This document shows positions 51,455-63,683 of a stretch of DNA of 63,683 bases, piece by piece. Origin of the DNA: Mustelus asterias (taxonomy: Eukaryota); assembly GCF_964213995.1 (NCBI RefSeq), contig NW_027592091.1, positions 1 to 63,683 of the forward strand, read 5' to 3'. Within the stretch, counting starts at the first letter, position 1. Each line of letters opens with the position of its first letter. The translations under genes and the position numbers were made by a program. Below the pieces are notes generated by a model, which was given only the letters and a program-made list of their open reading frames with translations, did not search any database and was not told the DNA's origin.

Positions 51455-51748
51455 GATGGTGGCAGGCACTGCTGCCTCACAGCAGCAGGGACATGGATTC
51501 GATTCCCGGCTTGGGTCACTGTCAGTGTGGAGTTTGTACATTCTCCTCCTGTCTGTATGGGTTTCCTCCGGGTGCTCCTGTTTCCTCCCACAGGTTAGGT
51601 GGATTGGCCATGTTAAATTGCCCCTTTATGTCAGGGGGACTAGCTAGGGTAAATGCATGGGGTTAAGGGGATGGGGCCTGGGTGGGATTGTGGTCGGTGC
51701 AGACTCGATGGGCCGAATGGCCTCTTTCTGCGCTGTTGGGATTCAATG
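51455..51748 (+). mobile_element. HE1-type SINE
   Basis: Core and tail match. Confidence 0.8.
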
Positions 51749-51784
51749 AAAATCACAACCTTCTCTCCTCCTGCTGACAGGGAG

Positions 51785-52140
51785 CACCGCGCATGCGCAT
51801 TACTGCGCATCGCCCCATTAAAGATGGCGGCCGTTTATCCATGCTTGTCTCTGCAGAAGCAGAATGGCTCTGGACAAACCCGGGACTGGCCCAGGATCTT
51901 CGTGTTTGGGGTTTGAATTCACGAAGTGTTCATGAAACCTTACCGCCCTCCCTTTGCGCCCATCGCTCCCTCAGACACGCCGCTTCCTTACCCGCCGCGG
52001 AGACAAGAAACAACAACTTCGACTCCCCAGCACTCCCTCTGCGCATGCTCAGAACACGGTCACTACTGCGCCTGCGCGGTCGTGATTGCCTGGATAGGAG
52101 GCATTCCTCGTCGCTTGGGACGCTGGGTAAATACCCCGCC
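51785..52140. promoter_or_regulatory. CpG-island promoter of the ZNF gene at 49763-51109
   Basis: NRF1 GCGCATGCGC (~51789), YY1 AAGATGGCGGC (~51821), and further TGCGCATGC and TGCGCCTGCGC motifs. Confidence 0.75.
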
Positions 52141-54839
52141 ATTGAATAGAACAAATGGTTTGTCGTGATTTCTTTGTTGTTATCGCGTGCAAGCTGGGGC
52201 TGAAGGGCCAATAATAAAACTAGGATACATATCATATAGAGACCTGATTGCACAGACCATTATCTCAATTCAGAGAAGGAAATTGGAATTGTTCAGAAAT
52301 CAAAAGTCACCTGAAGGTAGAAATAAGAGCAGAAACCCTCTCCTACAGTCACCTGTGAATTCACTGGTATCTCAGTAGCACATGAATATCAGGAATAGTG
52401 CAATTAATTATGAAGATGTACAATGTGAACGGTGACTGTTAGATAAAGTGCAATGTTCTAACACATTGGAGCAGCTATGATCAATGCTAGGAGAATATTG
52501 GATCACAGTGTCACAACAACATTATGCTCTGTCTCCTTGTAGCCTGTCTCAGAATTTCCTTCAATAACTAGGCCATTAGTGTGACAGGATTTAGCATCTA
52601 TGATCTGCCAAAATTACAAGAGGAAAGTTAGTGACTGCAATTATCCCAGAATTAAATTATATATTGCATACTATCTCCAAATGGGGCTCATAACACAATT
52701 TATTTTATTTATTAGTGTCACAACTGGGCTTACATTAACACTGCAATGAAGTTCCTGTGAAAATCCCCTCATCGCCACACTCCAGCATCTGTTCAGGTAC
52801 GCTGAGGGAGAATTTAGCATGGCCAATGCACCCAACCAGCACGTCTTTGGACTGTGGCAGGAAACCAGAGCACCAAGAAGGAAAACACACACAGACACTG
52901 GCAGAACAGGCATATTCTGCAAAGACAGTGCCCCAAGCCAGGAATCAAAGCTGGGTCACTGGCGCTGTGAGGCAGTAGTGCTAACCACTGTGCTGCCCTT
53001 AGAATCTCAATTATTTCGGAAATTGATTTTATGCCATTGATTTTACTGAAGGCTGTGGAAATAGTGAAATCTAAATCCTGTACAGAAACAAGCAAGATGC
53101 AGCTACTTTCTACACATTAGCTTTGCATATTTCCCTCAATGAGTGGGGTATTTTGAAATTTTGAGGTTTACTTCACAAGGTGTTAAGATTAGCACACATG
53201 GATTTTTACTTAATGATATGTGGGTGTGGCTGGCAAAAGCCACACTCCAAAATGGTGGTGAGCCAACTTCTTGATCAGCTGCAGTCCATATGGTGTCAGT
53301 ACACACCCCACTTCTCTTTGGGAGGTGATCCACGATTTCAATGCAGTGACAATGATGCAATGCAATATAATAGCAATATAATTCCAAGTCAGGATGGTGT
53401 GCAATTTGGAGGGGAACATGAAGGCGGTGGAGTTCATACACACCTGCTGCCCATGATCTTTTAGGTTCAGAGTTCACAAGATTGGAAGGTGCAATTGGAG
53501 GAGCCTTGACTAATCACTGCAATAAATCTTGTAGTTGTGAGAAATGATCATTTGACTTCAAGTCCATTTCTTCTGCTCTTCTGCATGTCCATCTCATCAT
53601 GGACTTTACCACACTCATTTAATTTCATGAGGGACAATTCTGCACAAATACTCCCCAATTTCCAGAGATCAAAATCCAAACATGTATCCAAATATATCGA
53701 GATATGTATCACTTCTCAGATTTCCACCACACTGGCATTACATTTTTCAGACAAACATTTCCATGCCTGACAGCAAATATATGATTGATCACCTCAGTCT
53801 ATACACTGCATAGGTGGCAATGATCACTCAATGTTAATGTTTTGCTGTTGTCTCTGTACCAAGCGTGGTTCAGTATAGATTTAAGGTTCAAAAAAAGAGG
53901 TGGAATTGAATGGTCAAAACAACATCATCTTTGGAGCATCATTTTTTCCTTGAATCCCTTGCAATTTTTGGCCCTTACATGAACACTTTAACTCCAAAAT
54001 TAGTCAGGTTGGCAGGTGTTGTCTGCCCAAAAGGACATGAAGTATCCCCTGTGTGTTTATGTGTGGGAGTTGGTGTATACGTGAGCGTGTGTGAGTATTG
54101 AGGAATATAGCTGCGTGCATGTGCCTGTATCTGTATGTGAGGAAAGGATGCTTCTATGTGAGACAGAGGGAGAGAGTGTTTGTGGATCTCTGTGTTTAGG
54201 TGTCAGTCTGTTCTGCTTTTCATTTACTGTAACATAAATCTTCCTCTCCAAGCAGACAATTTCCTGAAAATTCCATTGACTGATTTCAATTATTCAATTA
54301 GGAGATTTGTCTTCAGGCTGAAACCACAAGCTGACTGTGTGTTGTGTGAAACATGACATCAACACAGGTCCCACTCTCCCAAAGCAACATAAAGTGTCTG
54401 CTACTTCCCAGATCCCTTCCTTTCCCATCATCTGCTTAAAGCCACAAACAAAAAGGTCCATTTTTCTCGTGGAGTTTGAAAGAAAGCAGCTTTCAAAATG
54501 ATGCAGAGTCTCCGCCAATCTGGGCTCAGATATTTCCCTCATTCACTCCGATTGAACCATAGAATCCCGACAGTGGAGAAAGAGGCCCTTCAGCCCATCT
54601 GGTCTGCACCGACTCGCCGAACCAGCATTCACCCAGGCCGTTTCCTCTGTCCTATCTCCGCAACCCCACATATTCATCATGGTCAATCCATGAAATCCGT
54701 ACATGTTTGAGCTGTGGGAGGAAACCGGAGGAAACCCACGTTAAATTCGGGGAGAACATGCAAACTCCACACCCGAGGCCAGAATTGAAGCCGGGTCCCT
54801 GGCGCCATGAGGCAGCAGCGGTAACCACTGTTCGGAGGA

Positions 54840-55963
54840 CCAGCTGCTCCCGCTCGGTCCTCCAGCTCCGCCCCCTCATCCTATTGGTCCAGAGTTACCG
54901 TCAATCACTGCCCAGGCATTGTGATGTGGAGCATGCGCAGTGCCGCTGGGAGCTCAGGATTGAGGCGCTGGAAATTCTCATTGCATCAGAAACCGGCGGG
55001 TGGGGAATGAGGGGGGGATGGAGCCGGCGGGTGGGGAATGAGGGAGGGACGGAGCCGGTGGGTGGGAATGGAGGGATACAAAAGAATGGTCTAGTTTGGA
55101 CCAGGGAGCGGCATGGGCTTGGAGGGCCAAAGGGCCTGTTCCTGTGCTGTATTGTTCTTTGTTCTTTGGATGGATCCGGTGGGTGGGGAATGAGGGTGGG
55201 ATGGAGCCGGCGGTGGGGGAAGAGGGGGGGATGGAGCCGGCGGTGGGGGAAGAGGGGGGGATGGAGCCGGCGGGTGGGGAATGAGGGGGGGATGGAGCCG
55301 GCGGGTGGGGAATGAGGGGGGGATGGAGCCGGCGGGTGGGGAATGAGGGGGGGATGGAGCCGGTGAGTGGGGAATGGGGGGGATGGAGCCGGCGGGTGGG
55401 GAATGAGGGAGGGATGGAGCCGGCGGGTGGGGATGAGGGAGGGATGGAGCCGGCGGGTGGGGAATGAGGGGGGGATGGAGCCGGCGGGTGGGGAATGAGG
55501 GAGGGGATGGAGCCGGCGGGTGGGGAATGAGGGGGGGATGGAGCCGGCGGGTGGGGAATGAGGGGGGGATGGAGCCAGCGGGTGGGGAATGAGGGGGGGA
55601 TGGAGCCGGCGGGTGGGGAATGAGGGAGGGACGGAGCCGGCGGGTGGGGAATGCGGGGGGGGACGGAGCCGGCGGGTGGGGAATGAGGGGGGGATGGAGC
55701 CGGCGGGTGGGGAATGAGGGGGGGATGGAGCCGGCGGGTGGGGAATGAGGGGGGGATGGAGCCGGCAGGTGGGGAATGAGGGGGGGGATGGAGCCGGCCG
55801 GTGGATGTCAGGCCCCAAGCCCCGAATACAAAGCTCGGGAGCGGGTTGTGAACCGGGGAAATCAGCTCGGGCTTTTCCCCAGAACAGGCCCAGATTCCCT
55901 CCATCGGGATCCTGTGCGGCCCGGAGCATGCGCACTGAGAAAGCCTCGGGCCTCCCGCCGCCA

Positions 55964-55994
<31 letters not shown>

Positions 55995-56075
55995 ATTGGT
56001 TGGAGGACCAACCGCTCCCTGTTTTATTGGTCCGGACCTGCCGTCAATCACCCCGGGGCATTGTGAGGTGGGCGG
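54840..56075 (+). promoter_or_regulatory. Duplicated promoter modules of the plus-strand ZNF gene flanking a VNTR
   Basis: attggtcc..ccgtcaatcac..gcattgtga occurs at ~54883-54924 and ~56027-56066; GCATGCGCA at ~54932 and ~55926. Confidence 0.6.
54992..55800. repeat. G-rich ~31-bp minisatellite
   Basis: ggagccggcgggtggggaatgaggggggat repeated ~23 times; interrupted by a CR1 3' UTR piece at ~55075-55167. Confidence 0.95.
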
Positions 56076-56779
56076 GGAGGATTCACAAACACCCGCTGGA
56101 GGCCCCAACACCCCCAATAAGACCCATTGGTTTTATTGTCAGTCTGCAGACAGGAGCTGGAGAACTGAACCCAGACAGAGGAGAGGGAGGGAGAAAACTG
56201 GGAGTGGAGGAAAGAAATGGGGAGATGGGTTTGGATTTCAGGATGTGGAGATGCCGGCGTTGGACTGGGGTAAACACAGTAAGAGTTTTAACAACACCAC
56301 GTTAAAATCCAACAGGTTTATTTGGTGGCAAATGCCATTAGCTTTCGGAGCGCTGCTCCTTCGTAAGATGGAGTGGAAATTTCCTGGTGTTGTTAAAACT
56401 CTTACTTTGGATTTCAGCCCGGGGAGGAGGGAGAGTGTGTGTGACGAGATTTACAGATTTGGGGGAACGAGAGAGGAAAAAATGTTCAGGAGAAACTGGA
56501 ATTGTCTGTTCAAAATGGACTGTCAGTGATGACTTTTGTGAACTCCTTTTACAGAATATTAAGAGGATTACAGATGGGAAACCAAAATTCATGCCAAATT
56601 TCATCTGACAGTCAGCTGGTTCACCAGGACCTGAATATCATCACCTTTGAGGATTAAATGAGAATTGTTCGTTTGTTCTGTCTGAGGGAAAGATTTTAAA
56701 CTTCAGTGTGACTGGAAAAGCACCGACACACACACACACCCCCGAGAGTGTTCCAGTGAACGGACTGCAGAAAACTTCA

Positions 56780-61125
<4,346 letters not shown>

Positions 61126-61869
61126 CAAGGATTGGATTCTGCTTTTAATCACAGCCTGGATTGATAGTCTGACAATATCTGGTTTGTTTCTGCTGATGTT
61201 ATCATCCCTATAACTTTAAAGTTTTTTTTAAAAAAAATTATTAGTCACAAGCAAGGCTTCATTAACACTGCAATGAACTTACTGAGAAATGCCCCTAATC
61301 ACCAAACTCCGGTGCCTGTTCGGGTTAATGCACCTAACTAGCACATCTTTCAGACTGTGGGAGGGAACAGGGGCACCTGGAAGAAATCTACAAAGCACGG
61401 GGAGAACATGCAAACTCCACACAATGACCCAAGCCCAGAATCGAACCCGGATCGCTGGTAATAAGAGGTAGCAGTGCTAACCACTGTGCCACCGTGGTTG
61501 GAGTTTAATATTCTGGAGATGTCACTGATTTTCAGAGCTGCAATGTTCCTTTTTAAAAGCACCTTCTGTGATCTTTCTCCTTAATTCAAGAATCCTCAAC
61601 AAGAACCTGTTCATAAAGTTAACAATAAAATTACGAACTTTACTTCAGTCCTAAATTAATTAATCTTTTCTGCAAATCTGTGTGTGAGAGATTCCACTGA
61701 TTAACATCTCCAATTAGAAAGTGCTGATTAATCCTTGCTGATAATTCTGACTGACCTCTTCACAGTGAGGTGTCCATTATGAAATTCAATTGTGAAGGAA
61801 CCTAAACAAAGGAGTGAAATATTATACAGGCACGATAAAAGTTTACATAAAAACTTAAACAACACAGAT

Positions 61870-62690
61870 AACCCGGATAAATGTGTAGTGGGACATTTTG
61901 GAACCCGGATAAATGTGTAGTGGTACATTTTGGCAGGTCAAATGGGATGAAGGAGTATAATATCAAGGGTAAGCAGTGCAGAGGATCAGAAGGACCTTGG
62001 GGTCCAGGTGCATAGGACTCTTAAATCGGCCTCACAGGTAGAGGAGGTGGTTAAGAAGGCGTATGGTGTGCTGGCCTTCATCAATCGAGGGATTGAGTTT
62101 AGGAGTCGGGAGATAATGATGCAGCTTTATAAGACCCTCGTCAGACGCCACGTAGAGTATTGTGCTCCGTTCTGGTCGCCTCATTACAGGAAGGATGTGG
62201 AAATTATTGAAAGAGTGCAGAGAAGATTTACAAGGATGTTGCCTGGATTGGGTGGCATGCCTTATGAGGATAGGTTGAGGGAGCTCGGTCTTTTCTCCTT
62301 GGAGAGACGAAGGATGAGAGGTGACGTGATAGAGCTGTACAAGATGTTGAGAGGTATGGATCGGGTGGATTCTCAGAGGCTTTTTCCCAGGGCTGAAATG
62401 GCTGCTACAAGAGGACACAGGTTTAAGGTGCTGGAGTGTAGGTACAGGGGAGATGTTAGAGGTAAGTTTTTCACTCGGAGGGTGGTGGGTGAGTGGAATC
62501 GGCTGCCGTCAATGGTGGTGGAGGCAAACTCGATAGGGTCTTTTAAGAGACTCCTGGATGAGTACATGGGACTTAATAGGATTGAGGGTTATAGGTAAGC
62601 CTATATATAGGCCGAGGTAGGTAGGGACATGACCGGCGCAACTTGTGGGCCGAAGGGCTTGTTTGTGCTGTAGTTTATCTATGTTCTATG
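61870..62690 (+). mobile_element. CR1 LINE 3' fragment, same subfamily as 16814-18977
   Basis: Closely similar to 18195-18977; ~32-bp tandem duplication at the 5' junction. Confidence 0.9.
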
Positions 62691-63124
62691 TCTCATGGTC
62701 TTCTGGTATCATAGCTTCCACTTGGCAAAACACTGCGTCACATTCAGAGATCTGGAAAAGGAAAGGTCTCTGTTCCACTCTGTTGTGATGCGCGCAGTAA
62801 ACGCGCGTATTTCAGGGGCAGACAGCCGAGCTGCTGCGTGCCATTCCAACAGGGAAAACGGCTCCTTATTTTCAACGGCACTGATACCTGGGCTGAGGGC
62901 GGGACTGAGTGAACATATTCACACAGGTTCCATGAATACAAACAAAAATTCGCACAAATGAATTTTAAGATGTCAATTAGACTAACTTGAGCACACAAAG
63001 TTGAAGCTTCCTCAAATTATGGTCAGTTGAGTCAGTGAAGCAGCCTATTATATTTGCAGTGATGTCTGCATTCGAGCTCTTGCTGCTGTTTGAACTGAAG
63101 GCGGCTGAATCAAGGATTGCGTTT

Positions 63125-63422
63125 GCCGGGTGTTGTGGCGCGCACCTGTAATCCCGCTGCTGGGAGGCTGAGGCTGCTGGATTGCTTGAGGTCGGGAGTT
63201 CTGGGCTGTTGTTCTCTGTGCCGATCGGGTGTCCACACTAAGATCAGTATCCGCATGGTGTTCCAAGAGGACTCTGGGAGCACCAGATGTGCTAAGGAGG
63301 GGTGAACCGGCCCAGGTCGGGAACGGAGCAGGTCAAATCCCCTGTGCTCTTCGACAGTGGGATAGCACCTGTGAATAGTAACAGCAGTGCCGCCTGACCA
63401 ATACAGCGAGACGCATCCTTTT
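63125..63422 (+). ncRNA. RN7SL: 7SL (SRP) RNA gene or divergent copy
   Basis: GCCGGGTGTTGTGGCGCGCACCTGTAATCCC Alu domain; CTAAGGAGGGGTGAACCGGCCCAGGTCGGGAACGGAGCAGGTCAAA S domain; TTTT terminator; ~298 nt. Confidence 0.92.
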
Positions 63423-63683
63423 CTCCACACCTTCAATCGCAGCAAACAAACTATTTTGCCGTTCCATCAATGCAGAGAAACCCGATGCCTCTCTCCTGCC
63501 TCCACACTCACTCCCTCTGCTGCCCCTTTCATTCACTCTCACATCCAATGCCATCACCACAGCAAACTACGCAAGTAAACCAAAACCAAGTACACACACT
63601 TTTGACCAACCAACTCCCCACCTGCCCTGCACGCTCACACGCACCATTCTGCAATTCCCACTTTCCTCACTCTCCCCATTCTT

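Noticed and set aside
54901-56117. Long proline-rich ORFs (344 and 379 aa)
   Set aside because: Translations of the G-rich VNTR.

Overview
Eukaryotic DNA from a cartilaginous fish (inferred from HE1-type SINEs, CR1 LINEs and shark-type TCR V and C2H2 genes). 1-14.6 kb is the edge of a T-cell receptor alpha/delta V cluster: two intact V genes with leaders and 23-RSS, one inverted V pseudogene, V relics and co-oriented CTCF-like motifs, next to a ~1.2 kb tandem repeat carrying tRNA-Val pseudogenes. 14.6-63.7 kb is a cluster of KRAB-less C2H2 zinc-finger genes (two intact, two disrupted) with CpG-rich NRF1/YY1-type promoters. It also holds a truncated emc4 duplicate (exons 1-3) upstream of one ZNF exon, nested CR1 LINEs (one with an intact 938-codon ORF2), Penelope remnants whose termini fold as minimal hammerhead ribozymes, three tandem arrays and a 7SL RNA gene. 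The most unusual feature is a 5.7 kb array of ~102 x 56 bp in which nearly every unit reads as a 12-RSS (perfect heptamer, exact 12-bp spacer, partial nonamer), 12-17 kb from 23-RSS V genes.
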